Virus record (IMG/VR): IMGVR_UViG_3300033146_004404
Coordinates: 64,001 to 128,000 of that record
From: a virus
Taxonomy: Duplodnaviria > Heunggongvirae > Uroviricota > Caudoviricetes
Strand: one strand, 5' to 3'
DNA: 64,000 nucleotides
Position 1 is the first letter of the stretch. The number at the start of each line of letters is the position of its first letter. The notes beneath the pieces were generated by a model, which worked only from the letters and a program-made list of their open reading frames with translations, was not told where the DNA came from and ran no database searches. Shown here piece after piece: positions 29,501-37,925 of the stretch. The position numbers and the translations under genes were made by a program.

Positions 29501-30982
29501 AAATCTTCCTGATAGCTTGCTACACGAATAAAAAGTATAATTTACGTTCCATAATTCAGTAGAACTATTAAATAGATTAGATGGAACAACTCTAAGTTCT
29601 GTTGCTCCTTGACACATCCAAGAGAAATTTTCTACTAGTGTACAGTTATCAAATAGCCCTTCTGGTATAACTTCTATTTTACTAGAAGTAAACAAACTTT
29701 CAAAAGTGACTACTTTTGTATTATAGGCAAATAAACCACCTGGAACTGTTTTTATATTTAGCATTATAAATGCTGCTCTAAAATCAACAACTTCTGTATT
29801 ATATCTAAATAAGTCTTCTGGTATCTCAGTTACATCTATGGCTGCAAAAACACCAGACATAATAGTTGTTTTTGTATTATATTTAAATAAATCTTCTGGT
29901 ATCTCTGTCAAGCCTGAAGAAAATAATGTGTAATGAAACGTTAAAACTTCTGTATTATATCTAAAAAGATCTACTGGTAATGTTTCTATAGAAGAACAGC
30001 TTTGAAATAAACTTTCGAAACTAGTTACTTCTGTATTATATCTAAAAAGATCTACTGGTAATGCATCTATAGAGGAACAGTTTTGAAACGAGCCTTCAAA
30101 GCTAGTTACTTCTGTATTATATCTAAAAAGATTTACTGGTAATGTTTCTATAGAAGAACATCCATAAAAAACCTCTTCGAAACTAGTTACTGCTGTATTG
30201 TATATAAAAAGATCTACAGGAATTTCAGTTATTTCACTACACCCAAAAAACGTACTAGTAAAAGAAGTTAAAGAAGGACTATTATTAAATATTCCTTCTG
30301 GGATAGCGTTAAGGTTAGTACAGTTTCTAAATAGATAATCTACATTTGTAAATACAACATTGCTAATACTAGGGTGAACTGACTCAAGATCAGTACATCC
30401 GTCAAATCTAACGTATTTTATGTTATCAGCTTTTCTAACTTCAATAACTTTTGTAAGTCTTGTTTCATTATAAAAATCTAATCTTTCAAATCCACCTTTG
30501 ACTTCAATGTCATAAGTGCCAGGGTCAGCAAAAGTATGTGTAAGTTCTGCAGCATCATATGATAAGATTTCATCAACAGAGCTATCACCCCAATCTATAA
30601 GACAATCTAATGTATCTGATGCATCTGTAATAAAAGTATAGTCCTCATTTGATCCAGTTGTAACTATTCTGAACTTAGCTCTATTATTATATTCAATAGA
30701 AAGGTTGTTACCTGCAAGATCCTGAATAACGGAAACTCTAGTTCCGGATCCAATTTTTACAATTAAATCATTCAAGACACCTTCAGTCCAATCAAGATCT
30801 GCGCCAAGCATATCTAAAGGCATTTCAGTATCAATAATTGTGTCTCCACTATCTATCTGCGCATTTAATATTTTTTGTGCGTTTAATATCTCTTTCTCTT
30901 CACCTAACACTGTAGAAGAGAAATCTCTTTTACTCTTCTGCAGTGTTACTTTCTTAATGAAATCTATTTTCTTTTGTGACAT
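23576..30982 (-). CDS. giant Ig/PKD + BspA-like leucine-rich-repeat protein (2468 aa), candidate receptor-binding/fibre protein
   Basis: Five modules, each an Ig/PKD-like unit (four with PINN...[IV][ND]W[GD][DE]...HT[FY]) plus 26-27-aa LRRs (F.GC..I..IP.DLF.YN) and a cap ending ..GG. Confidence 0.8.
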   Translation of the reverse strand: MSQKKIDFIKKVTLQKSKRDFSSTVLGEEKEILNAQKILNAQIDSGDTIIDTEMPLDMLGADLDWTEGVLNDLIVKIGSGTRVSVIQDLAGNNLSIEYNNRAKFRIVTTGSNEDYTFITDASDTLDCLIDWGDSSVDEILSYDAAELTHTFADPGTYDIEVKGGFERLDFYNETRLTKVIEVRKADNIKYVRFDGCTDLESVHPSISNVVFTNVDYLFRNCTNLNAIPEGIFNNSPSLTSFTSTFFGCSEITEIPVDLFIYNTAVTSFEEVFYGCSSIETLPVNLFRYNTEVTSFEGSFQNCSSIDALPVDLFRYNTEVTSFESLFQSCSSIETLPVDLFRYNTEVLTFHYTLFSSGLTEIPEDLFKYNTKTTIMSGVFAAIDVTEIPEDLFRYNTEVVDFRAAFIMLNIKTVPGGLFAYNTKVVTFESLFTSSKIEVIPEGLFDNCTLVENFSWMCQGATELRVVPSNLFNSSTELWNVNYTFYSCSKLSGRFNMKSTDMIPLLEAQATANGKTLYHPSTFIGLAPEIVDVDTIPTAWGGLGLSELTNELVIKVTTVGVDEVFTLPINNSGVDDDIDCVVNWGDGTADTTLTAYNDNASHTFAVAEEQTITITGYMEHLFFTSPDKHVTELTSLSRDNGLKIFSLRSQSGITTINDTVLNKMHSVKSLLQLYYDTGVTSLVAGMLDGCYNLENVQSAFQNIGSATIPSGFLDNNTKLKDLNSTFGGSAITEIPAGLFDNCPLIETFNGTFLGCTSLTTVPVDLFRYNTLNESFRYLFYNCPSIETIPVDIFRYNALASNFENVFYGTAMSSLPTDIFRYNTLATTFRGALYGSEISRVEDNLFTYNTLVESFQGTFQNCSSLVRVSPYLFDNCIVATNYTDTFKSCTELSGTADYKAGDIIRNIEAVATAETLTLTTTDAFNGCTSLVDYEILDAAWGGAGGATLTNNMKFTVTTTSTDEVFILPINNGGTDDDIDCVVNWDDLTSDTVLTSYSDDATHIFAAIGTYQITITGYIEMLAYLANIDYHIVSLDSMSKDLGIKRFSMRKQEGLTTIDSTYENMRSLVNGHSMFIFCTGLTTVPDIFSKMVKLDNLYYAFAYTSLTTIPANVFDSCTELTNISNLFRNGGITAIPTDLFKYNTKISNWDDAFLGTDVSTIPTDLFRYAPDITSLSAVFEGCTSITSIPTDLFKYNTELIILDRMFYSCSGITSINENLFQYNTKLETLSAVFLQTGLTTIPANLFQYNTSITSLASCFYGVDITELPSGLFDNLILLEDIYGVFSGCASLATLPIDLLYNNTELMTAQSSFASCPITSIHEDFFRYNTKIASFTQTFLGGSLTSVPVGLFQHNTLVEYFNSTFQSNNFTTVPEDLFRYNTAVLEFDSTFSSCQLLDTIPEGLFQYNTLVTDFASIFNDNAFTTVPENLFRYNVNVDTFYRVFINCDNLVDVPVGIFRYNTAVTNFSGLFWRCEALKTVPPTLFNYNIVATDYSSLFSGCLALTGTADVYPEDIVGQIEAVATANTLTLNTAGAFTGCTVLTDYDVLDAAWGGLESSWTNTLTLSVDVPIDETFYIPINNAGTDDYCDLVIDWGEGADTVIEGTNQTASHTYTAAYTGTVTVTGFMEYFKYNNDNSHITSVDSLTKNMGVKALSFYGQSNMTSVSADLSKLGSVTEITDMFRGCSSLTSIPETIFSNMTEITSALRTFFEAGIESIPEDLFKYNTEIIDFNGTFYNCDSIESVPAGLFQYNVKTETFAQTFSNCSNVLFTTIPATLFANNIEVTSFYSLFNSTKIQTVDVDTFKYNVLLESVSRMFQSCNAIVSVPDDIFKYNPLITNFNNMFMQSSLAVIPANIFRYSGDNITSLPSVFYQCNNVTEVPEDLYRYNTKLTSIYQTTGLLSGVKEIPVNLYKYNPLLTSIYMNFYGWTSLEMIPEGLFANNPLITDGNNLFQGCTNLKYIPDDFFTSLTELNNVMWWFKGCTSLTGSASDWIQTMLANGVYSTTDCFDGCVKLVDYDILDTDLGGLGLSDLTNNMKFSITTTGGTFTLPINNSNYDIDCVINWGDGSEDTTLTSYDDDASHTYSSGTHQITITGYIEYLAFGAEANIVTLDSMSKDMGLKVLKFQGQAGLTSVNSTYNNIGSLIIGSYMFQGCSSLSTIPGSTTALFKNAVRLTTLNNAFQSSNLNWLDGTAFENCINLTDVSYICHLSQLGSIQTGLLSNNPKLTNINAAFQGCNSITSIPVTLFENLPLVTSVDNVFASTGITALPATLFDNMSQMTSLVQTFYNCSSLTSIPSGLFDELTSLEIMSYTFANSGLTEIPDNLFDENILAYFIGRVFYGCSDLTAIPTDLFRYNVLNTTFQEEFCGCSSLEAIPVDLFRYSLLATDFSKAFENCTGLTAIPADIILYNTAATTYDNMFKGCTNITTNVTGVDEFIDDAVVTATHSGCFDGCMDIGDYVDIPTGAGNWRTE
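29947..30189. repeat. three near-identical 81-bp coding repeats (LRR units)
   Basis: CTTCTGTATTATATCTAAAAAGAT recurs at 29947, 30028, 30109. Confidence 0.85.
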
Positions 30983-30983
30983 C

Positions 30984-33758
30984 TTAGCCTCTTCTAGTAA
31001 TCTTAATTAATGCGTAAACTTCTTCATCTCCATCTGATATTGCAACTCCACTTCCTGTAGCTGCTGTTGTTTCAACATAATGCTGAAGTTCAACATTTGC
31101 TCCTGCTGCTAGAATTATTTGTCCAGATAGAACTGAAACTGATGTGCTGTCTATTGTGCTATCACTATTAGCATTAAGTCCTGTTAGTAATGTAGCTGTA
31201 TTTGTTGTATCTCTTAATCTTATTTTGTGAGCGTCTGTTTTATATCCTATTGCAGATGCTTCTATATCATATGTTCCTGCTGCTAATGTAATTACACTAG
31301 TTGCAATACTACAGCCGGCTATAACATTTTTCTTAGTTTCATTTATTCCTACTTTATTCCATGTAGCTGTTGTCAATGAATGACCGTCAACTGTTGTTAA
31401 TTCTTGATAAGTAAATTCTGCAGCATCTGGATTTAATAGTCCTTCTAATAATTGCTGTAAGTTTGAATCAGCACCAGAAGTTAATGCGGTTGGAGTTACT
31501 CCAGCCATTCCATCTACTCCTACGAGTGATGCTCCTGCAGCAATCTCATAAGAAGATCCTTTAATTGCTACTAATTCTACATACGCAGATAAATCTTCTC
31601 TATTTGTTTTAATCGCTTCTGGAATAGTCGCAGGTAATGTTTCACCTAGAGTTCTTGTAGTCCAATCAAAATCTCCTTGGCTATCAAAATCAAACTCTGT
31701 AGGTAATGTTCCTAGTGGAACAATAGATGAACTACTTATAATCTTACTACTTCCGTTATCCCAAATAACACCAACTTGATCTGTAAGAGTTGCTTGATGT
31801 GTTATATCGTCAAAGTTTGGATCTGTTTCAAGTCTTTTATTTGTTTCGTTCCAAATCATTCCTTTAGCGTTAGTAGGAGTATCTTCACGAAGCATAATTG
31901 CATTTTCTGCTCCGGAGATTCCTGCTTTCCACTCATCATCACTCTCATCAAATATTAATGTAGCGTTTGTTTCGCTTCCTCTTTCTACTTCAACACCTGA
32001 AGTTCCTGCAGTAACTCCTGCTCCTGCTTCACCTTCATTAAGTAAAATAACGTTATCAGAAATTGATAAGTCTGTAGTGTTTACTGTAGTCTGAGTTCCA
32101 GTAATTGTTAGGTTTCCGTCTATAGTAACAGGACCTTGGATAGTAGGTGAGTTAATCTTATCTGCAAAAACTTCTTTCCATCTTTCAGTGTCAGTCCCTA
32201 TATCAAACACTGAATCTTCATCTGGATTAAGGTTTCTTCCAAAGTCAATATCAAATCCAGGAGTTACATTCATTGCTACATCTACTGCATCTACTGCATC
32301 ATTTTGATCTCTAAATCCGATCTGGAAATCTTTATGAGTATCTTCAGCAACATCTTTCAATAATCTTATACCAAATACAGAATCTCCATTCTTATAGTTT
32401 TGATTGAAAAGATCCATTGTTTGAATTCCTTCAACTATATCAACTCCAGCTACAGTTCCAGATACAACACTTCTAATACTTAATCCTATAGTTGCTTCTC
32501 TCTCAAGATCATCTTTTCCTGGATCTCCATCCCAATCAGCACTAAGCACATAATCGCCAGCCCATCCTGATGCTGCTAATTCAGAAGCAACATTTAATAA
32601 AGTATGAAACTCTCCATATCTCTGTATTCTTAATGTATTATTTACTACATCTTGTGTTGATACATTTATATCTCCACCACTGCTTAAAAATGACATATTG
32701 TTATATTCGTCAATATCCATTTGAGATTTTACTTTTATATTATTTGTAGCATTAAGCTCAAGAGTTGTTTGTGAATTAAGATCTATTTTTCCAGCCGCAT
32801 TAACATCAATACCACCAGCTGAATTTAACGTCATAGAATCTTCATCAGTAGATGTAGTTTCGAATACTTTCTTTTCATTAAGTAATACGTGAGAGTTATC
32901 TATAGTTCCTGTAAATGCTCCTGCTCCAACGTTAGTTACATTAACTGCTGATAATTGAAACTCTGTAGCATCTGGAACAGTTGTTATAACTTTTATCATT
33001 CCATCTTCTTTGTCTATAACAAAGTAATACTGATCTACTGAATCTATTTTAAACATAGGTTCAAGTTGAATAACTGTCAAGTCTCCAGAAATAGCAGCTC
33101 TAAAATAATCTATAAGATCTACTTCGTTATATATATCAGTAATTAGTTCAACACCTGTAAGTTTTCCTGTAACTCCAACGTCATCAAACTCAGATAAGTC
33201 AGCACAACCATAGAAATATTCTGTATATGTATTTGCATTTAAATTTTTCTTATTTATTCTTGCTTTGAAGGAGTCAGTAGTACTGATATATTTTATCTCT
33301 ATATCTTCAACTCCTGAAGGTAGATTCATGCCAAGAATTTTAGAGATTTGTCTTTCAGCTATTTTTAGTGAAGGTGCATTTACTGCTATGTAAGGATTTA
33401 CATGCTCTTGATTTACTGTATCAACCCAAGTAATTCCAGCGATCCCAGGAGGTATTCTTATATAGTTCTCAACAGAACCATCTACTGTAACTTGAGTTAT
33501 ATCACTTGCTGTGATTTGAAATTCGTTATTTAATGAGTTTTCAAGCACTCCATCTAAACCAGTCATGCTCTTAGCAAAATGATCTAAGAAGCTTATGATT
33601 TGAAACTGATTCTCATAGATATTTTCTATAGGTCTTTCTATGTCATGGCCTGTTTTTGTATCGTTGTTTGTGTAGAATTCAAGATGTCTGTAAGTTGTAC
33701 TTCCATCAAAAGATTCTTCATCTCTAACTATATTGTTTCTGCCGAAAAATTTTAACAT
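30984..33758 (-). CDS. virion structural (tail/baseplate-fibre) protein
   Basis: Likely ATG 33758 with GGAG RBS; fibre module GNLTITGTQTTVNT...DNVILLN...GVEVERG shared with 53771..55195. Confidence 0.7.
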   Translation of the reverse strand: MLKFFGRNNIVRDEESFDGSTTYRHLEFYTNNDTKTGHDIERPIENIYENQFQIISFLDHFAKSMTGLDGVLENSLNNEFQITASDITQVTVDGSVENYIRIPPGIAGITWVDTVNQEHVNPYIAVNAPSLKIAERQISKILGMNLPSGVEDIEIKYISTTDSFKARINKKNLNANTYTEYFYGCADLSEFDDVGVTGKLTGVELITDIYNEVDLIDYFRAAISGDLTVIQLEPMFKIDSVDQYYFVIDKEDGMIKVITTVPDATEFQLSAVNVTNVGAGAFTGTIDNSHVLLNEKKVFETTSTDEDSMTLNSAGGIDVNAAGKIDLNSQTTLELNATNNIKVKSQMDIDEYNNMSFLSSGGDINVSTQDVVNNTLRIQRYGEFHTLLNVASELAASGWAGDYVLSADWDGDPGKDDLEREATIGLSIRSVVSGTVAGVDIVEGIQTMDLFNQNYKNGDSVFGIRLLKDVAEDTHKDFQIGFRDQNDAVDAVDVAMNVTPGFDIDFGRNLNPDEDSVFDIGTDTERWKEVFADKINSPTIQGPVTIDGNLTITGTQTTVNTTDLSISDNVILLNEGEAGAGVTAGTSGVEVERGSETNATLIFDESDDEWKAGISGAENAIMLREDTPTNAKGMIWNETNKRLETDPNFDDITHQATLTDQVGVIWDNGSSKIISSSSIVPLGTLPTEFDFDSQGDFDWTTRTLGETLPATIPEAIKTNREDLSAYVELVAIKGSSYEIAAGASLVGVDGMAGVTPTALTSGADSNLQQLLEGLLNPDAAEFTYQELTTVDGHSLTTATWNKVGINETKKNVIAGCSIATSVITLAAGTYDIEASAIGYKTDAHKIRLRDTTNTATLLTGLNANSDSTIDSTSVSVLSGQIILAAGANVELQHYVETTAATGSGVAISDGDEEVYALIKITRRG

Positions 33759-33772
33759 GTTTATCTCCAAGG

Positions 33773-33819
33773 TTTATACTAATATCTTTATCTTTACCTA
33801 TTTATGATATTAGTATAAA
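33773..33819. promoter_or_regulatory. 14-bp inverted repeat whose 19-nt loop holds the AGGTAAAGATAA motif
   Basis: TTTATACTAATATC (33773-86) / GATATTAGTATAAA (33806-19). Confidence 0.7.
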
Positions 33820-33830
33820 ACAGAGGAGGC

Positions 33831-34457
33831 TTATTTAACTAACTTTGGATAAGAGAAATGGTTAGATACAATTCTAAAGAATGCATACATCCCTTTGAAT
33901 TCTTTTATTTCTCCATAGTGCCTAAATCCTAGCCAACTGAAAGGAACTTTTGTAACAAGATCTCTAGTACTTGTTACTATTAGAATTTTCTTAAGTCTAT
34001 CTTCAAGCACCTTACTGTTTTCAGTTGTAAATACTCTAGGACAACCAAATACAATCGTGTCAGCTTCAACGCCATAATTGAAAAATATATCCTCATGTGC
34101 TAAAACTGAAAGAGCTGCTCCTTGAGAGAATCCTCTTATTTTAATTGAGTATCCGTCTTTTAAAGCTTTCTCAGCCTTCTCGTGAACCTTATCTCTCACA
34201 GAATGATACTTCTTTATGAACCCTCTGTGAACTTTGAATTTCTCTTTCATTTCTTTGTATGGCTCTTTACCAGTCCTAAAATTCTGCCACCAATCCATGA
34301 AGCTTCCACTTCCCTGAAATGAAATTGTCATACTTAATTGTCTTATATTATATACAAAATTAACTTCTGTATCTGTATCTGTATTTACATGATTCCATTG
34401 AAAGTCATGTGCGTCATCCCACGCCTCTAATAAATTTAGTTTATCTGTATAAATCAT
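33831..34457 (-). CDS. class 3 lipase (alpha/beta hydrolase)
   Basis: SFQGS, VHRGF, nucleophile GFSQG, FGCPRV, DLVTKVP, C-terminal His. Confidence 0.85.
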   Translation of the reverse strand: MIYTDKLNLLEAWDDAHDFQWNHVNTDTDTEVNFVYNIRQLSMTISFQGSGSFMDWWQNFRTGKEPYKEMKEKFKVHRGFIKKYHSVRDKVHEKAEKALKDGYSIKIRGFSQGAALSVLAHEDIFFNYGVEADTIVFGCPRVFTTENSKVLEDRLKKILIVTSTRDLVTKVPFSWLGFRHYGEIKEFKGMYAFFRIVSNHFSYPKLVK

Positions 34458-35205
34458 CAGTAACTACTCTCCTTTCTGTCACACCTATGTCATCTGGCGT
34501 ATCAATGCTAAGCCCTATATGTCTTATCTTTGCTAGATTTAAACCAAAAGGAATAAATTTGTTTTGTTCTAAACTTTCTAAATCTGCATTGATATCTTTT
34601 GCCCACAATCTCTTACCGTACTTATTAAAAATCTCCTTTGGAAATATAAAGAGACCTATGTGTCTCTTATAACTTGAGAGTGGATGTTTCATTCCACTCT
34701 TACTGGCAGGTATTACTGCCCTTGACGTATAAAGAACTCTTTTGTTCTTATCTACAATCTTACAAGTATTTATACTATCTATATCTTTATAGTCATAAAA
34801 TTTGCTAAACAACGTAGTGATCATATCAGTTGGATGATTCTTCACCTTCTTCCAAACTTTATTAACTTCTTCTGGATCTATTGACGGCTCATCAATAGGC
34901 AGCGAAATATATGTATTATATCCCTTTAGATTTTCTGCCTTACTTGCATAATAAACCCTCTCTGTTCCACATGTCATCTCACTTGATGTTAATACAAATT
35001 CAACTTCTTCTCTTTCACAAATTTCAATTACTCTTTGATCTTCTTTATCACTTGTAACTGCTATCTTACTAGCGAAACTAAACTTCTTTGCTATTCTTAT
35101 AGAGGTTTCTAATAGAGTTCTCCTTCTATAAATTGCTAATGCTTTCTCTGGAAATCTTGTACTATCTAATCTAAACGGAATTATAACACATACTGAATTA
35201 CTCAT
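34441..35205 (-). CDS. kdsB: KdsB-like acylneuraminate/3-deoxy-manno-octulosonate cytidylyltransferase
   Basis: IIPFRLDSTRFPEKAL, GTERV, DEP, HIGLFIF, LESLEQ, IDTPDD. Confidence 0.75.
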   Translation of the reverse strand: MSNSVCVIIPFRLDSTRFPEKALAIYRRRTLLETSIRIAKKFSFASKIAVTSDKEDQRVIEICEREEVEFVLTSSEMTCGTERVYYASKAENLKGYNTYISLPIDEPSIDPEEVNKVWKKVKNHPTDMITTLFSKFYDYKDIDSINTCKIVDKNKRVLYTSRAVIPASKSGMKHPLSSYKRHIGLFIFPKEIFNKYGKRLWAKDINADLESLEQNKFIPFGLNLAKIRHIGLSIDTPDDIGVTERRVVTDDLYR

Positions 35206-35208
35206 CTC

Positions 35209-36111
35209 CTACATCCTTTCATAGTTTGTTGAAGTAAGGCCAAGCCTTTTCTTCTTTTCATACTTACTATTATATATGATAACACTTTCATCATTATCAT
35301 ATAACTGATCACATTTACCACAAAGTAAATTCATGTAAGCTCCACTATGAAAACTCTCTATCTCTTTCATCATTTTACTCTCAAAAACCTCTTCTATAGT
35401 TTGACTTTTCAGGTCGCCAAGTAACAACAAACCATTAAAATCAAAACAACACATGTTAATTGTACCATCAACCTGTATCTGCAATGGCCCATTTTTCGGG
35501 CGCCCGCACGTAGTTTTGGTTGTGGCTCCTTTTCTATATGTCTTCCAAGAACTCCAGTTATGAACCTTCCACACTTCAATTAAATCAACGTAGCTCTTGA
35601 AGTATTTTTCTAAGAGCTTTGCTTTGTATAGATCAGGTTCTATTTGATCTGCTGTAAGTATAAACTTCGTATTCTTTCTCTTAGATCCAAAGTTAGTAAT
35701 GAACTGAAATGCATTCAAGTAACTTTTTTGACTTGATCCTGTTATTTCTACATACTCCTCAACACCTATGTAATGAAAGGAAACTCTAACACTTTCTATA
35801 TCAGCTTCAATTAATTGTTCTACCATCTCTTCTGTTATGCAAGAACCATTAGTAAGAATATTTACTTTGTAGCCATTCTCTTGAAGTATTTTAATCTTAT
35901 CGAAGATGTCAATATCTAGGAACGGCTCTCCCATTCCTGATAGAGTAACTGTTTCTATTTGAAGAGGAAGTTTAAACACTAACTCCTCAAATATTTCATT
36001 AGACATCATAGTTCGACCTCTCTTAAAACCTGATGTGTTTAAAGGACAAAAAATACAATTGTGATTACATACAGTACTTATTTCTATCCTTGCTTCTTTT
36101 GAAGTTGTCAA
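35209..36111 (-). CDS. radical SAM protein with twitch (short SPASM) domain
   Basis: CNHNCIFC, GMGEP, C-terminal CGRP...GTINMCC...CGKCD; likely TTG start 36111 with AGGAG RBS (ORF track 36183). Confidence 0.9.
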   Translation of the reverse strand: MTTSKEARIEISTVCNHNCIFCPLNTSGFKRGRTMMSNEIFEELVFKLPLQIETVTLSGMGEPFLDIDIFDKIKILQENGYKVNILTNGSCITEEMVEQLIEADIESVRVSFHYIGVEEYVEITGSSQKSYLNAFQFITNFGSKRKNTKFILTADQIEPDLYKAKLLEKYFKSYVDLIEVWKVHNWSSWKTYRKGATTKTTCGRPKNGPLQIQVDGTINMCCFDFNGLLLLGDLKSQTIEEVFESKMMKEIESFHSGAYMNLLCGKCDQLYDNDESVIIYNSKYEKKKRLGLTSTNYERM

Positions 36112-37133
36112 TTCATTACTCCTGTCACTACATGTATTACCTGTCTCATATAACAATCTAACCCTATTGATACACGGATCCAATCTTTCATTATATCACA
36201 ATCAAACTCTGTCCTGATAGCTATCAGATAATTCTCAAGCAACTCTTTTCTTATTATCTCTTTGTTCTCTTCTCCAACTTTAAGTAATACAAAATTGGCA
36301 TAAGTAACTCTAGCATAATCAAGTTTTTTAAACTCTCTTCTCCATTCATTTACTTGGTGAAGATTATAAGTACAGTCTCCACCAAAACGTATTTCGTTGA
36401 TTACAGCTTCACTACAAGCAACTGAGTTCACTTCTTGCATCGGTCTATACTGTCTTAATAAATCAATATTTTCTTTACTTGATCTTATACAACCGAGCCT
36501 TATGCCGGCTAGGCCATGGCTCTTTGAGAAGGAATTTATTAATACAACATTCTCTTCAAGAGTTTGATTCATGTAGTGAAGAAAATTAACACCTAGGTCA
36601 GACCAAAGATAATAGTCATAGTAAGTTAAATCTAATACTAATGTCACATTGTTTTCTTTAGCTGCTTGATAAACAGGATAAAACTCTTTAAGCGTTGGCA
36701 TGAATCCTGTTGGATTGTCTGGCAATATTAATAAACAAAACGCTAGCTCGTCACTATATTTCTCAATGTGATCTACAAGAAGCTCTGCATAAGATTCCTT
36801 ATTAAGGTCTTCATCATATCTAATCTTAATAGGAAGTATATTAAACTCGTCTTCAAATACCTCAAGCATACCAAATGAAGGAAACATCCTTAACACTTTA
36901 CTTTTATTTGCTGAAGTAAAGGTTCTATAACAATTTCTTAATGCTTCTTCAGCTCCTCTAGTTAATAAGAGATTATCTTTTCTGCAATTGTACTTATCTG
37001 TTAACGTTTTATACATAGGATAAGTATAAGGATAATCCTTATATGGTCCATACGGAGCTTGGTTGTTATCGAGTCGAACAATTTCTTCTTCAATTAATTT
37101 ATCTTTTTTTACGATAGGTCTTTCTATATTCAT
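36108..37133 (-). CDS. PLP-dependent class I/II aminotransferase (HisC/CobD-like)
   Basis: RLDNNQAP, LTRGAEEAL, PDNPTG, DLTY, SFSKSHGLAGIRLG (PLP lysine). Confidence 0.88.
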   Translation of the reverse strand: MNIERPIVKKDKLIEEEIVRLDNNQAPYGPYKDYPYTYPMYKTLTDKYNCRKDNLLLTRGAEEALRNCYRTFTSANKSKVLRMFPSFGMLEVFEDEFNILPIKIRYDEDLNKESYAELLVDHIEKYSDELAFCLLILPDNPTGFMPTLKEFYPVYQAAKENNVTLVLDLTYYDYYLWSDLGVNFLHYMNQTLEENVVLINSFSKSHGLAGIRLGCIRSSKENIDLLRQYRPMQEVNSVACSEAVINEIRFGGDCTYNLHQVNEWRREFKKLDYARVTYANFVLLKVGEENKEIIRKELLENYLIAIRTEFDCDIMKDWIRVSIGLDCYMRQVIHVVTGVMN

Positions 37134-37138
37134 TCTTA

Positions 37139-37167
37139 ATTATACCACATTATTCTTTTTTTGTCAA
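37139..37167 (-). promoter_or_regulatory. sigma70-type promoter (copy 3 of 4) inside the radical SAM island
   Basis: TTGACA-AAAAAAGAATAATGTGG-TATAAT, identical to 13772-13800. Confidence 0.9.
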
Positions 37168-37916
37168 GGTTTTTTAAAACCAGCAAGATCTCCACGAACA
37201 TCACATTTAGAACAATGTGAATTTTCTCTTCCATTCTCTCTAAACTTTCTCATGTTTTCACCATACCAAATATCAATAATACTTTCTTTATTTGTATCGC
37301 CAATAATTCCTTCTTTGTTGAAATCTTGGCAGCACGGCATAACCCTTCCGTCATAATCAACTGTCATAGAATAATGAGGATACATACATTCTGTCTTTAA
37401 TGGGAGATCTTCTTTAGTTTCATAAACTCCACCTCTGTTATTTAAAAACTCTAAATTACTGAACCTATCTATCACCTGAACTTGAGATGAGAAGCCATCC
37501 CACTTATCATACATTTCTAAAGAATAAGCTGATACTCTAATTGAATCAACAAAGTCATTAGTTGCTGATCTTTCTGTTAATAACAATCCATTTGTATTAA
37601 CTATTATATAACTCTTTGGTAGAAGCATTCTTGCTGTGATTATCATTCCTTTAAAGTCAGGATGCAATAATGGTTCTGAGAATCCTGAGAATACTATCAT
37701 CCCATTATAATTTCTATCTGTGTCATGAACTTCATATAATATCTTATGAAACAATTCCATGTCTAAGTAAGCTCTTCTCGGAATAAAATTTCTGTTCCCT
37801 GTTGGACAGAACTCACACTTCATGTTGCAGTAATTAGTTAGAGAAAACTCTAACATCCTGAATAAACTACTTTCTACTTCTATTATTTCTTTTCTACTTT
37901 CAAAACTATTTATCAT
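37164..37916 (-). CDS. radical SAM protein with twitch domain
   Basis: CNMKCEFC, GFSEP, CMYP...GRVMPCC...CSKCD. Confidence 0.9.
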   Translation of the reverse strand: MINSFESRKEIIEVESSLFRMLEFSLTNYCNMKCEFCPTGNRNFIPRRAYLDMELFHKILYEVHDTDRNYNGMIVFSGFSEPLLHPDFKGMIITARMLLPKSYIIVNTNGLLLTERSATNDFVDSIRVSAYSLEMYDKWDGFSSQVQVIDRFSNLEFLNNRGGVYETKEDLPLKTECMYPHYSMTVDYDGRVMPCCQDFNKEGIIGDTNKESIIDIWYGENMRKFRENGRENSHCSKCDVRGDLAGFKKP

Positions 37917-37925
37917 CAGAATTTC

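Noticed and set aside
29947-30230. Regularly spaced DNA repeats resembling a CRISPR array
   Set aside because: The 81-bp period is in frame within the LRR gene, the intervening sequences are homologous rather than unique spacers, and there are no cas genes
36108-37133. CobD role in B12 synthesis linked to the B12-dependent NrdJ
   Set aside because: No other cobalamin genes are present and its operon context is KdsB/twitch-rSAM; cannot be excluded without an assay
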